DNA of 64,000 nt from Stegostoma tigrinum (GCF_030684315.1 NC_081396.1:248001-312000), one strand, 5' to 3'. Positions 1-11,868 are shown, counted from the stretch's first letter. Numbers and translations are program-made. Notes: a model not told the origin generated them from the letters alone.

Positions 1-1538
1 AATTCAGCACAGGAATACAGAAATTTTAAAAACAACTTGAATTACTCAAAAAGTCTGGCATAAGAATAAAAAGGTTTTTAAGAAGTGCTCAAATTACAGT
101 CCTTTTCACCAAGTCTGCGCCTGCACCTCAACTCCAGAGTGCACCAGGTAAATCTCCAGATCACACAAGGCTTGAAAAATCCAAGCCTGGCTTCCAGTGT
201 GCAAGGGCCTTGCCTCCCCGGTGCTGGCCTCCAGTCCAGGACCCGCCCTGGGACTCAACCCCCTGCACGAGCATCTGGTCTGGGACTCGCCTCCTGGCAA
301 CAGCCTCCGGCCCAGGGCTTTCCTCCCATGTTGGCCTGGTCTCGCATTCGCTCCCACGCTGGCCTGCTCACAGACATACCTCCAGGATTCATCAGTGATG
401 TCCTCTGGTCTGGGAGTCACCTCCTCCATTCTCTCAGGTAAGTTAAGACATTAAAAGTTTGGGAAGAAAAAAATGCTGCAGAAAAGGGAAGAAAGAAAGA
501 AAAGAAAAGGATCTGGGGCAGGAGAGTAGCTCTGGCTGGAGTACCCGAATCTGATGCCATCTTCCTGATGTACCCATCATCCAGGTATTGGCCAAAGTCC
601 ATGATAGTTCAAAACTCAGAAAATAGTTCCGAAATTTATTTTTGTTTTGAGGAGGAAATGAAAATGAACATTGTTCGCTCAGCAGCATCAGAATTTCACA
701 ACAATGAGGAGCATTCTCCACCTCTCTGAGAGCTTACACGCTGAGAGATCACCATACATTCCAGATTGTTAGATGTCAACACTTGGTCATTTTCTCATCA
801 CTAATGTGGATGTTGAATCCCGAGTCAAATTACTGACTGTACCCAGTGTTTATTAAACCACAGAATATGAAAGTCTTCAGAATGAACAATCTCAATTTGT
901 CAATACATTTAGCATAGAATTGTTTTTTTATCATGCTTAAAAAGTGAGCAAGGGAGAGAAACCAAAGCTCTGTCAAGTGAATAAAAGCCACATTCTCATC
1001 AGACATCATGTGCAGAATATCATCTAAGAATGCAGTCAGGGGAAAAGACTCTCAAAGCTCATTAAGGATGTCATCCTGATGCAATAATAGTTATCCTTTA
1101 CAATGCATTCAAGAGTTACATTGCAATTTCCTACAGGGAGAAGAGTTGTGGCTTTTGGGTGCAATGTGCTTGAAAAGTGTTCAGAACATGTGCTGAACTG
1201 TGGGATAACAGAAATGACTGATGGTTTAGAAATCAGTAGCAATGGGGAAAATGTGTGATGAGTTTGGTGAACCATCCAATTTCTTCTCCCATGACTCAGA
1301 CATGCAAGTACAGAACAGGATGTACATGTTATGCTCAAACGACCCCCGAACTATAGCACAAGGGGGATTTTTGTCACTTTCAGGCACACAACAATGTTGA
1401 AGACTAATTACTGCCTTTGATAGAGCCCAGCAGGGTATCAGTTTTATGTGTAATGATGAGCATGAATTGTCAGCCATGCAAGTGACACTGACATCCCACT
1501 GGGGAGTTAGGGAGTAATAATTGTCATTGTCCTCCCAG

Positions 1539-1859
1539 ATGAATGTTTGGACACTGGAATCTTGGTCACCTTAAGCAAGCCTCCTTTTGAAGAGATCTGG
1601 AGGAACAAAACAGCAACCATTCTGTGTGAGATACTTCACCATGATTTACAGGGAGTCAGGGTAACCTGGAAAGTGGATGGAATCATGAGACAAGATGGAG
1701 TGAAGACCCAGGGTCCCAAGAAGAATGGACATGAAGAGATAATCTTCAGTAGACTGACGGTCCCTGCTGCAGAATGGGAGAGTGGCGTAGAGTACATGTG
1801 TTTGGTCGAGGATGAAAATTTGCCAACGCCAGAGAAGAGGTTCATTAGGAAAGCCCAAG
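1539..1859 (+). CDS. IgW: Ig heavy-chain constant C1-set exon, penultimate domain (likely IgW CH5; homologous to IgNAR C4)
   Basis: Acceptor cctcccag|AT at 1538/1539 and donor CAAG|gtacgt at 1859/1860; phase 1-1, 321 nt. Translation xECLDTGILVTLSKPPFEEIWRNKTATILCEI...VTWKVDG...EWESGVEYMCLVEDENLPTPEKRFIRKAQ has the C1-set Cys/Trp/YxC pattern and the PPFEEIW motif shared by shark IgW and IgNAR. Confidence 0.93.
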
Positions 1860-2902
1860 GTACGTGTAGATGGAAATGTGTGTCTGATCTTAGCAACTGA
1901 AGTGATTTATTGCCAGAGAGTGAAGCAGCTTATCGCAGGCTGTCAGAGTATGTGACAAGCTCAGAGATGTGTGTCAACCCCGTCGAGGAACTGACCAGAT
2001 GAAGCCTCAAATGACCTCAGCAACCTTGGTGTGAATCATACATGGTTCCCAGGGAATGGGATCAAGCTGACAGGATAGTCAGAGAGGGATTAGCAGTTTT
2101 TCAACATTTAATATTCCATCAATCCAGCACTGGATTGGAACAGAGAGTGTCAATCTGAGGTGGAGGGTGAATATGAGCAGACACATGGAGAGGAAAAGGA
2201 GAAAGAGCAGGCAACACCAGATTAGAATAATGCCTGAAGCCTACCTGTTGACATCAGGAAGTGGTTCTCTGGTGTTTCTCAGAAAACTGGGCCATTTTAA
2301 AAGATGCCATTTTGTCTGTCACGTCACTCTTTGAAATAACTATTCAAATTATCCCACATCCGATCTACTCCATCTCAGCAACCAAATTATTGTCCATTTT
2401 TCAATTTTATGTCCAATTCCCTGGTAAAAGTTACGAGTAAATCTGCTTCCACCCTCTTTCATGCTTTGCATTCCAAGTCATCAGAAACAGGGGAGCAGAT
2501 CAAATTCATTTGGCAACTCATGAGTTCATTTCTGATTCCTCTGAAATGTCTGTTCTGACTCATCTGTTGCTGAAAAAGAGATTCTCTACATTTATTCCAT
2601 TCAAATCACTGATAATTTGAAGGACTTTGATTAATTTGAAGAACTGCCCAGCTCTATGAATGATTTGGACATGATTTATGAAAGGGGGATCCTCACCCAT
2701 GGTGAGAGAATCAACAAGATTGAAGACCCTACCTTTGCACAAGCTGCTGAAAAATTGAACATGAACAGAAATGCTTTTAGTTTCTGAACTCAGAGTTGCT
2801 GGGGATACAGAAGTTGTTTAGTTTTGTGCAAGAGACAAACGTGTCAGGTAAATACAGGTTAAGAGAAAGATGAATTCTAACCTCTGTTTTATCTGTTTGC
2901 AG

Positions 2903-3285
2903 TTGAGGTTAAGACTCACCCTCAACTCTACCTCCTGGCCCCTTCACCGGATGAGATGGAGACTGCTCACACTGCGACCCTGGTTTGCCTGGTCACTGGA
3001 TTCTCTCCTGCAGATATCTACCTGGCTTGGATGGCCAATGATACCCTTCTGAAGACAGGGTTCATTCATCAGCCAGTGACTGAGGATGGCAGAGGAGGCT
3101 GGAACTCAGGCAGTCGCTTGACCGTCTCTGCAGAGGAGTGGGACAGCGGCACCACGTACTCCTGTGTGGTGGGACACGAGTCAGTCACAACAAATGTGTT
3201 CAGAAGCATGAATAAATCTCACAGCAAGCCCAACCTGGTTAATGTCTCACTTGTTCTAACTGAAAGCTTTACCTCCTGTTCATAA
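2903..3285 (+). CDS. IgW: Last Ig constant exon plus secretory tailpiece (likely IgW CH6-sec)
   Basis: Acceptor tttgcag|TT at 2902/2903, in frame with the previous exon. VEVKTHPQLYLLAPSPDEMETAHTATLVCLVTGFSPADIYLAWMANDT...YSCVVGHES...NKSHSKPNLVNVSLVLTESFTSCS*; the tail carries an NVS glycosylation site and a penultimate Cys. Tail and TM sequences fit IgW better than IgM or IgNAR (from recall). Confidence 0.93.
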
Positions 3286-3595
3286 CAACTTGCTGATTCA
3301 AATAATCACCCATTTATATAATCCCTGTAAATGAGTGGTTAACACAACCAAAAAACTGTTGTGAGCACTTTGAAACCTTTCTCCTGGTAGCAATGCACTT
3401 CCAACATGAACAGAATTCAACATTGCTCAGTACTTGAGAGAAAAAGAAATCTCCAAGTCAGACAACATCATTTTCTCCAGATGCCTGAGATCCTCAGGTC
3501 TTTTGAAACATTTCTTTGTGCTGTTCCTGATCATTTGCGAAACACGTGAAACCCCACAGAATGTTAATTGTATGTCATTGTATTGATCAAATTTC

Positions 3596-3601
3596 AATAA
3601 A
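3596..3601 (+). terminator. Poly(A) signal for the secretory transcript
   Basis: AATAAA 311 nt after the stop codon, followed by a GU/U-rich element (tgttttgttttgag, ~3622-3635). Confidence 0.7.
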
Positions 3602-4631
3602 CCTGACATGAAAAGTTTCAATGTTTTGTTTTGAGTGATCATTTTTGTGGTTAGGGAGAATATAAATGGATGACTTGGGACATGAACTGGGGTGAACGGA
3701 AAATGTTCTGAAGAAAAGGAGCTTTGGATCTTTACTTTACAAAGACCCCAACCCCATTTTGATTTGCTCACCATAGGCCTTGATTTATTGTAGACTTATT
3801 GATGTGACCAATTGCTCTGATCACTTCACACTTTAAATATCATTGTGTTCATATGTGGTACACAGCTTTGGTCTCTCTTGAAGCCCAAATTTCAAATTGC
3901 ACACACTAAGTTCCAACAGTAAAAACCTTGGTAATGATCGGTTCACCTGCTTTTTGCTGTTGAGAGATAAATGTGACTGGCTGAGACACTGAATAGAGCC
4001 ATCCAGCTCTTCCAATGCAGCCATGTACATTAACGTGGGGGCCATTGTTTATCAGTTCATCAGGAGGTATCTCCTTCCACACTTGCAGCACTTTCTCAGT
4101 CTGCATTGGAGTGCCTACCTAACTGATGGCCTCAAGGATGAGTGGTGAAACTTGAATCCACAATATCCTGACCCAGAAACAAGAGTGCTAGATGCTAAAT
4201 CACATCACAATGATCCATGAACTGTAGGTTTTACGAATCATTTCATCCTTCACATCACCACCCACAAACCTTTGTGTTATTGAGCAGATGTTCTATTCAA
4301 CAATTGATATTACGAGTTAGCTTCGCGCTGCCTGTTGTAATATTAGGTCAATTAAAACATTGCATACAATCAAAAAGAAAGACATTTTTGGAGTTATAAA
4401 GGATGTCATCCAGACTATGGGGATAATCCCAGAGTTCTGCACAATAAACCTGCTTGTTTGCTGGTTGAGTGTTATGGTGCCAAGATATCAGAATATTGTG
4501 TTTTAAAGCCTGCAGAAACTGATTAAATATCGAACAGCATCTTAGGTTTGTTTAATACATCCTTATCAGTAGTATGACCCTTTGATTTTTACTTATGAAT
4601 TTGGTGCCTGATATAACATTACTCACTAACA

Positions 4632-4717
4632 TCTGAAAAAGGAGCGAGGCTCAGAAAGCATGTGTTTTCAGATAAACCTGTTGGACTATAACCTGGTGTC
4701 ATGTGATTTCTGACCTT
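4632..4717 (+). mobile_element. Short Penelope-type terminal fragment with a decayed hammerhead motif
   Basis: ctga-aaaaggagc-gag-gctc-agaaag...aaacctgttggactataacctggtgtc; the same family appears inverted at 18767-18949. Confidence 0.5.
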
Positions 4718-5128
4718 GGATAATGCAACTGAGAAGCAGAGAACTGATAGAGTTGGGTGACAGGAGGATTAAGATTTTGGAAACAATTTAATGTTCATCT
4801 GTTATTTGTTTGTGCATACCTCTGAGGGGATCTATGATTGTGACCCAGACAGAAAGCAAATGATGAGAGTGACAGTGAAACAAGGAAGGGAGAGAATCAG
4901 TGAGGGATAAATGAAAGGCAGTGAAAGGGAGAAAGATAGAGGAAAACACAGAGACAAAATCATATAAATTGAAAATGAGAGAATGATTGTCTAAAGGTTC
5001 ACTGCTCCCAGTGCAGCTCTGCCATGGCTTGCTCCTTAACTGTACTATCTTCAAACTACTAAGAAGCTGTTAACCTTGATGAAATGTTTGCAGTCAGCTT
5101 TAACAGCAACAATTTTTCTTTGTTTTAG

Positions 5129-5271
5129 CAGTCCCTCCAGATGTGCAAGGAGAGGAAGGAAAGGAAGAGGTGGAAGATATGGATGGAGATGACAACGCGC
5201 TAACAGTTGCTGCCTTTGCCATTCTGTTTATCCTAAGTTTTCTCTACAGCACCTTTGTAACTGTTGTCAAG
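5129..5271 (+). CDS. IgW: Ig heavy-chain transmembrane exon TM1 (IgW type)
   Basis: Polypyrimidine tract then tag|cag acceptor; phase-1 frame VPPDVQGEEGKEEVEDMDGDDNALTVAAFAILFILSFLYSTFVTVVK with an acidic spacer and a CART-like LF-LS--YS---T motif; donor AAG|gtaatt at 5271/5272. Absent from the supplied ORF track. Confidence 0.92.
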
Positions 5272-5499
5272 GTAATTGGACATTAACTACCAAATGAACA
5301 ATAACACATACAGACTGTTTGTGTAAGGTTTATATTTTATTTATCAATATAACTAATTATCTGACTCTGAGATTCTAGCTATCACATTAGAATCAAACTA
5401 AGAATCAAATATGGAACTTTTCATACTTTGAATATTTTCTCTTCACTTGGCCTGTGGGTCTTCATCCACCACTGGGGAAGGCCAGGCCCATAGGCCTGG

Positions 5500-5835
5500 T
5501 GTTCCAGAATAAGGTCAGACATCCTAGCATTTACGTCCATCTCCAGCAATAAGGTCAGACTACTTGACCGGAACAATCCATCTCCGAGAATAAAGATACC
5601 TTTGTCCCCACTTGCAGTCCCTTGCCCACTAACCAATTCTGTATGCAAGCTAATGTACTGCCTGCAACACTGTGGGCTGTTCTTTTCATGACAACCTTTT
5701 GTGAGGCACCGTGTCCATCTCCCAGATTAAGGAAAGACCACCCGTTCCTTTTCGGTCTAACTCCAGAATGAAGAATTGACCACCTGTCCTTTATGATCAA
5801 TCTACCAGGATAAGGAAAGACCACCTGTTCCTTCG
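5500..5835 (+). repeat. Degenerate ~41-bp tandem repeat (2 x 3 units) in the TM1-TM2 intron
   Basis: Recurring tccatct-ccag-aataagg-(tc/aa)agac unit at ~5503, 5543, 5583, 5722, 5763 and 5805. Confidence 0.65.
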
Positions 5836-5907
5836 GGTCTGTTTGTACATTTGGTTCAGACTCCCATGACCACACAATTGTACTTTACTCTGCTTTCTGT
5901 ATTACAG

Positions 5908-5919
5908 CTTCAGCAGTGA
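5908..5919 (+). CDS. IgW: TM2 exon coding part (LQQ*), giving cytoplasmic tail KLQQ
   Basis: Acceptor ctctgctttctgtattacag|CTT CAG CAG TGA; phase 0 matches the TM1 donor; a downstream AATAAA is present. Confidence 0.7.
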   Translation, partial: LQQ

Positions 5920-6351
5920 CCAGCAGATGGATAAGACTCATATTCTGACTACTTCAAGATTACAATTGTCAGGAAGTATGGCTGTAATGTTTGAGAATGG
6001 TGCTTTCCAATTTGCAATGGAAAATACTTGGCTACTACACTGCAACAGCTCATTCTGGGAGATCAAGCTTCAAATGGACTGGGGAAAATTGAAAAGTGGA
6101 ACTGGGAGGGAAACAAAAGAGTTCGTGAAGAAGAGAGGGGAATGGGGATAAGGAACAGAGGAGTGAGAAATGGGGGAGAACGCAACATAAATCACGATAG
6201 AGTGTCGGTACGGCATGGAGGGTGGAGGACTGATTCCTTAGATCTTGTGAAGAGTATTGTACAAACAAATGTTCTTCAAATTACTGCCTGCAGCTTTTTA
6301 AAATGGGATTCCACTGATGTAAATGATTTGATGTGAACTTAAATTAGTAAA

Positions 6352-6357
6352 AATAAA
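6352..6357 (+). terminator. Probable poly(A) signal for the membrane-form transcript
   Basis: First AATAAA after the TM2 stop codon. Confidence 0.5.
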
Positions 6358-7129
6358 AAGGTGACATGAAATCAGTGCTGGTCTGATGAGATGGGGAGAA
6401 CTGAGGGAGAATAACTAATGATACTCGGCAAATATGCCCAAGGATTTGATGTTGGAGGAGATCCACAGTGCTGTATATGAGCAAATACCCAGTTACTGGG
6501 AGATACAGCTCACTGAACCAGAGAGTGGAGATCCACAGACTTCTGATTGAGTGAATATTCCATAATAGACGGGACAGATTGAGGGTTTCGGTCCAATGGA
6601 GTAAACAAGGTAACACGCCCAGGACAAGATATTTTACGGGAGAATTCCTGGTAGGAAAAGGGATGGGAATACCACAGTTTTATAACCAGAGGAGTGTTAT
6701 ATCCCAGAAATAGATATTTGGTGACTTCTTTATTCATTTGTTAATGGGGTGTGGGTGTTGCTGACTAGGTCAGTGGTTCTTGCCTAACTCTAATTTCCCT
6801 GGAGAAGGTGCTGATGAGCTTTCTTCTGGAACCACTGCAATTATTTCACTACGGGGGCTGATCATAAGTGGGTTCCAGGATTTGGACACAGTGACAGTGA
6901 AGGAATGGTGAAATGGTTCCAAGTTGGGATGGTGTGCAGCGTGGATGGCAAATTGCATGTAATTGCACTCCCATGCATCTCCTGCCTTTGTCCCTGTCAA
7001 GGGACTGTCAAAGGAGCTTTGGTATGATGCTGATGTGTTTCTTGTTGATGGTAAACACTGCTGCCACTGTGTATTGTTATGAAGGGAGTGAATGTTGAAG
7101 ATGGTGGATGAGGAGGGAAGGTGATGCCC

Positions 7130-7476
7130 CAGTGGCATTATTTGCAAGACTATCACTACAACTTCATAGTGCCAGGGACCCAGGTGTGATTCCACCCTTG
7201 AGTGACTGTGGAGTTTGCACATTCTCTCCATGTCTATGTGGGTTTCCTGTGGTTGCTCCGGTTTCCTCCCATGGTGCAAAGATGTGTAGGTTGAGTGGGT
7301 TGGCCATTCTAAACTGTCCATAGTGTCCAGGTATGTACAGGTGAGGTGGATCAGCCATGGGAAATGCAGGTTTCTTAGGGATAGGGAAGAGGGGTGTGTC
7401 TGAGTGGGACTCACTTTAGATGGTTGGTGTGGACTTGATGGGCTGAATGGCATGCTTCCACACTGTAGGGATTCTA
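7130..7476 (+). mobile_element. HE1-like V-SINE (decayed)
   Basis: V-domain gtggagtttgcacattctctccatgtct...ggtttcctccca...aaagatgtg and CR1-derived tail ...ttccacactgtagggattcta. Confidence 0.85.
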
Positions 7477-8084
7477 GATCCAACAAATATTCCGAGGATA
7501 TGGGTTCAAACCCCATCTTGGCAGATGCTGAAATTAAGAGTTGGATGAGAACCATGAAAAATATGATCTTGGGGAAGACAAATTCAGGACCAGGCCTTAG
7601 CAGAACAAGGAACAGAAACAAACCTTTGTTAAGCTTCCCAACACCATTTTTGAATGAATATTCCATCTTCACTATGGTCATTGCAGAAGTACACCTTGGA
7701 TTATATATTGAGGAAGATTCACAGTCCTACTGTTGGAGAGAACGCACCTATGAGGTCAGTGATTAGGAAACCAAATTCTAGTACCAGATACTCGGGGAAG
7801 ATTTCAATCCAAGCATGAACAGAATAAAACCAGTAGAAAGTGTGGGAACATAATCAGGATATCGTATTAGGTTCTTGGTCCCAGCCATGAGGGAATTCCA
7901 CCAGTAAAGATAATATTGCATATGCCAAGGGCCAGCTAATGGTGGAGAACGGTTCATCATTGAATACAGTGGCACTTCCATGATTGACTGAATATCCCTT
8001 GACATCATGAGTCTCCAGAAATCTAAGATAATACAATGTGAGGCTGGATGAACACAGCAGGCCAAGCAGCATCTCAGGAGCACA

Positions 8085-8125
8085 AAAGCTGACGTTTCGG
8101 GCCTAGACCCTTCATCAGAGAGGGG
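8085..8125 (-). ncRNA. Minimal hammerhead ribozyme motif in the Penelope terminal repeat
   Basis: Minus strand reads CTGATGA-AGGGTCTAGGCCC-GAAAC-GTC: conserved CUGAUGA and GAAA boxes around a stem II, with GUC triplet. Such motifs are established in Penelope-like elements. Confidence 0.7.
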
Positions 8126-8342
8126 GATGGGGAGAGGGAACTGGAATAAATAGGGAGAGAGGGGGAGGCGGACCGAAGATGGAGAGTAAAGGAGATAGGT
8201 GGAGAGAGTGTAGGTGGGGAGGTAGGGAGGGGATAGGTCAGTCCAGGGAAGACGGACAGGTCAAGGAGGTGGGATGAGGTTAGTAGGTAGCTGGGGGTGC
8301 GGCTTGGGGTGGGAGGAAGGGATGGGTGAGAGGAAGAACCGG

Positions 8343-8813
8343 TTAGGGAGGCAGAGACAGGTTGGACTGGTTTTGGGATGCTTTGGGTGGGGGGGAAGAG
8401 CTGGGCTGGTTGTGTGGTGCAGTGGGGGGAGTGGACAAACTGGGCTGGTTTAGGGATGCAGTAGGGGAAGGGGAGATTTTGAAACTGGTGAAGTCCACAT
8501 TGATACCATATGGCTGCAGGGTTCCCAGGCGGAATATGAGTTGCTGTTCCTGCAACCTTCGGGTGGCATCATTGTGGCAGTGCAGGAGGCCCATGGTGGA
8601 CATGTCATCTAGAGAATGGGAGGGGGAGTGGAAATGGTTTGCGACTGGGAGGTGCAGTTGTTTGTTGCGAACTGAGCGGAGGTGTTCTGCAAAGCGGTCC
8701 CCAAGCCTCCGCTTGGTTTCCCCAATGTAGAGGAAGCCGCACCGGGTACAGTGGATGCAGTATACCACATTGGCAGATGTGCAGGTGAACCTCTGCTTAA
8801 TGTGGAATGTCAT
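8343..8813 (-). CDS. Penelope GIY-YIG endonuclease domain (C-terminal fragment of the element ORF)
   Basis: FTCTSANVVYCIHCTRCGFLYIGETKRRLGDRFAEH...VANHF...R..QEQQLIFRLGTLQPYGIN. Confidence 0.85.
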   Translation of the reverse strand: MTFHIKQRFTCTSANVVYCIHCTRCGFLYIGETKRRLGDRFAEHLRSVRNKQLHLPVANHFHSPSHSLDDMSTMGLLHCHNDATRRLQEQQLIFRLGTLQPYGINVDFTSFKISPSPTASLNQPSLSTPPTAPHNQPSSSPPPKASQNQSNLSLPP

Positions 8814-10424
8814 CCTGGGGCCTGGGATGGGGGTGAGGGAGGAGGTGTGGGGACAAGTGTCGCATTTCCTGCGGTTGCAGGGGAAGGTGCCGGGTGTGGT
8901 GGGGTTGGAGGGCAGTGTGGAGCGAACAAGGGAGTCACGGAGAGAGTGGTCTCTCCGGAAAGCTGACAGGGGAGGGGATGGAAAAATGTCTTGGGTGGTG
9001 GGGTCGGATTGTAAATGGCGGAAGTGTCGGAGGATAATGCGTTGTATCCGGAGGTTGGTAGGGTGGTGTGTGAGAACAAGGGCCTCACATTGAATCCAGC
9101 CTCACATTGTATTATCTTGGAATTCTCCAGCATCTGCAGTTCCCATTATCTCTCTCCAGAAATCTATCCATTTTTGCCATGAACAAACTCAAAGAATGAG
9201 CTTCCACAGTCCTTGGGTTAAAGAATTCCAAAAATCTACCATCCTATGCATGAAGAAATTTCCCCTCTTCACAATTTTAAATAGTCGACCCCCGTGCTGT
9301 GATTATGTCCCTGTTTCTAGACTCACATGTCAGGAGTAACATCATCCCTGATATGCCTTTGAGGAATTTTAAACTTTTATGACTTCATCTGTCATTCCTC
9401 AAAGCTCTGGAGAGCACTGCCCCATTTCCTCAATCCAGCAAATTAAAACAATCCCACCATCACAACAATGATTCTGGTGAACCTCTGTGCAATCCTTCTC
9501 CAGCACGGTTTATCCCTCCTGAGATAAGGAGACTAGTCTATCAACCTCTACTTTTAACTCAAACATCCTTAACATCTGCACCCTCTCCGATTTAATTATA
9601 CCCTTCCTATAGCAGGGTGGCCATAACTGCACATTGTACTCCAAAAGTGGCCTCACCGACGTCCTGTACATCCTTGGTCTGATGCTCAATGCTCAGACCA
9701 ATGAAGGCAAGCATGCCAAACATCACCCTCTCTACCTGTCACCCAAGGAACTTTCAAGGAATGATGTACCTAAACTCCTAGATCTCTATGTTTGACGACA
9801 CTCCCCAGTGCCCTACCATTAACTGAGTATGACCTGCCCTTGTTCATCTTACAAAAATGCATTGCTTCATATTTATCTAAATTAAACTCCGCCACTGCTG
9901 GGCCCTGAACTTGTGTTTGCCACTCTTGTAGCCTAGGTAGTATTTCTTTAAACACTTGCCGTTATAAGTCTTCCATTCAATCTTTCAGTCCCTTTTCCGA
10001 ATGCACGATTGCCCGCTTACTTTTCATTCCTTCATAGTTTCCCTTGTTCAGCTTGAAGACCCACATTTCAGAATGAGCCGTAAGACATTCGAGCTTCATG
10101 TGAGATTTTTTGAATGATACTGGGCTGAGGTACAATCACAATTATGCCGGAATCTTCTCAAGCACACAAATTGAGTCAACACAGACAAGCATCAGATATT
10201 GAGGAAAACATTTCAGATCTCAAAAATGAAGGATGCTTCCAGGCTCAGTATGAGTGAAGACGAACAGAAGCCAGAGACATATTTACGAGTGAAGCTGAAT
10301 GGCTTGTGGACTCTGCCTGCCAAGAGCTATGTGGATTGTTTATCAGGTAGCTGAACAGTTTGGGACTGTGAACAAGACAGAGACAGCTTGGTTCAGATCA
10401 GGAGAGAAACGACAAGATTAGGTC

Positions 10425-11273
10425 ACAAAGGGACATTGATAGGATGCAGAGCTGGGCTGAGAAGTGGCAGATGGAGTTTAACCCTGAAAACTGGGAGGTG
10501 ATTCATTTTGGAACGACAAACGCAAAAGCAGAATACAGGCTAAGCAGAAAGACTGTTGGCAGTATGGAGGAGCAGAGGGATCTTGGCATTGATGTTCACA
10601 GTTACTTGAAAGCTGCCAGCCAGGTCGATAGAGTTGTTAAGAAAGCTTATGATGTGTTTGTTTTCATTAATAGAGGGATTGAGTTCAGGAGCCGCGAAGC
10701 TATGCTCCGGCAGTACAAAAGCCTGGTTCGGCCACATCTGGAGTATTGTGTCCAGTTCTGGTCGCCTCATTACAAGAAATATATGGAAGCATTGGAAAAG
10801 GTGCAGAAGAGATTGACCAGGCTGTTGCCTGGAATGGAGGGAAGGTCTTAGGAGGAAAGGTTGAGAGAGCTACAGCTTTTCTCTTTAGAACGACGAAGGA
10901 TGAGCGGTGACTTGATAGAGGCACACAAAATGATCAGAGGTACAGATAGAGCGGACAGCCCGAGACTTTTTTCTTGGGTGGAGGTAGCTATTATGAGGGG
11001 ACACAGTTTTAAAGTGAGTGGAGGCAGATATAGGGGAGACGTCAGAGGTAGGTTCTTTACTCAGAAAGGAGTCGGGGCATGGAATGCGTTATCAGAGAGG
11101 GTAGTGGAGTCAGCCTCAACAGGGGCATGCAAGCGGCTATTAGAAAGGCATATGGATGATAGTGTAAGGTAGGGGTGGAGGTTAGATAGACTTCAGGATT
11201 GGGGGAAAAGTTTGGCACAACATTGTGGGCCGAACGACCTGTACTGTGCTGTACTGTTCTATGTTCTGTGTTC
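10425..11273 (+). mobile_element. 5'-truncated CR1 LINE (3' end of ORF2 and 3' UTR)
   Basis: WAEKWQMEFN...LVRPHLEYCVQFWSP...RGRFFTQ; in-frame stop at 10849-10851; ttctatg-type tail. Confidence 0.92.
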
Positions 11274-11868
11274 GATACAGAAGTGAGGAGTTCTTCTCTC
11301 AGTTCTGTGCAGCAAGTCACTTTAAACATGAAGAAAACCACCTTATCTTCCCTTTCGCAGTTGTTGCAGCAATGATTTTTTTATCGATAAGCCAGAGACC
11401 ACTTGTAAGTGAACTGACTGTCCAGGTCTCTTACAAATTAGTGGAAGCTTTCGGGAAAAGGAAGGCCGATGAGAAACCATTGAACCAGTGAGAACCGACC
11501 CTAAACATCTCATGAACAAAGCGTATGGATTTGTTTCTTCTCTGCCTCTGTGTTCATTTTACCACATTTATGTTTATGCCTGTTCGTGTGCCACTGTATG
11601 TCAGGGGGAATTTATAAGGCAGTATAGAGTTTTAATGAGTAGGTTATATGCTGACATTGATATTGATTGATCTATACTAAAATCTATATTGTTGGCAATA
11701 GGTAATAATTCTTGCTGAGGACAGAATCCAGGCCTGTGCTTTCTGTCAACCCTGGCCTGCAATCAGGCAGTTTTGGAGGTTTTTCTTTTAAAAACTTGAA
11801 CGTTTGTGAAATTTCCAAGAAGAGGGAGTCTTGACTTCCAGCATGCTACTCCAGTGAGTATCACAAAG

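Larger units (their letters stand above)
8026..9152 (-). mobile_element. 5'-truncated Penelope-like element with an inverted tail copy and 14-bp TSD
   Basis: GIY-YIG ORF; TSD tctccagaaatcta at 8012-8025 and 9153-9166; tail at 8026-8050 is repeated inverted at ~9094-9118. Confidence 0.9.

Noticed and set aside
85-441. GC-rich ORFs ending at a good donor (CAG|gtaagt, ~437) as a possible upstream Ig C exon
   Set aside because: None of the + frames shows the Ig C1-set Cys/Trp/YxC pattern; probably an unidentified repeat fragment. Upstream IgW exons lie outside the window.
3211-3216. AATAAA in the last C exon
   Set aside because: It is the Asn-Lys codons upstream of the stop; the signal at 3596 has the proper downstream element.
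1539-5271. IgNAR or IgM assignment
   Set aside because: The domains are homologous to IgNAR C4/C5, but the tail (NVSLVLTESF..C) and TM (TVAAFAILFILSFLYSTFVT) lack the IgM/IgNAR-type NIWTT.STF TM start as I recall it; BLAST would confirm.
6464-6489. RSS-like CACAGTG followed by GCAAATACC
   Set aside because: The spacer is 10 nt, not 12 or 23, and there is no adjacent V, D or J segment.
6770-7681. 303-aa minus-strand ORF
   Set aside because: It runs across an HE1 SINE and LINE-tail debris; chance ORF with no recognisable domain.
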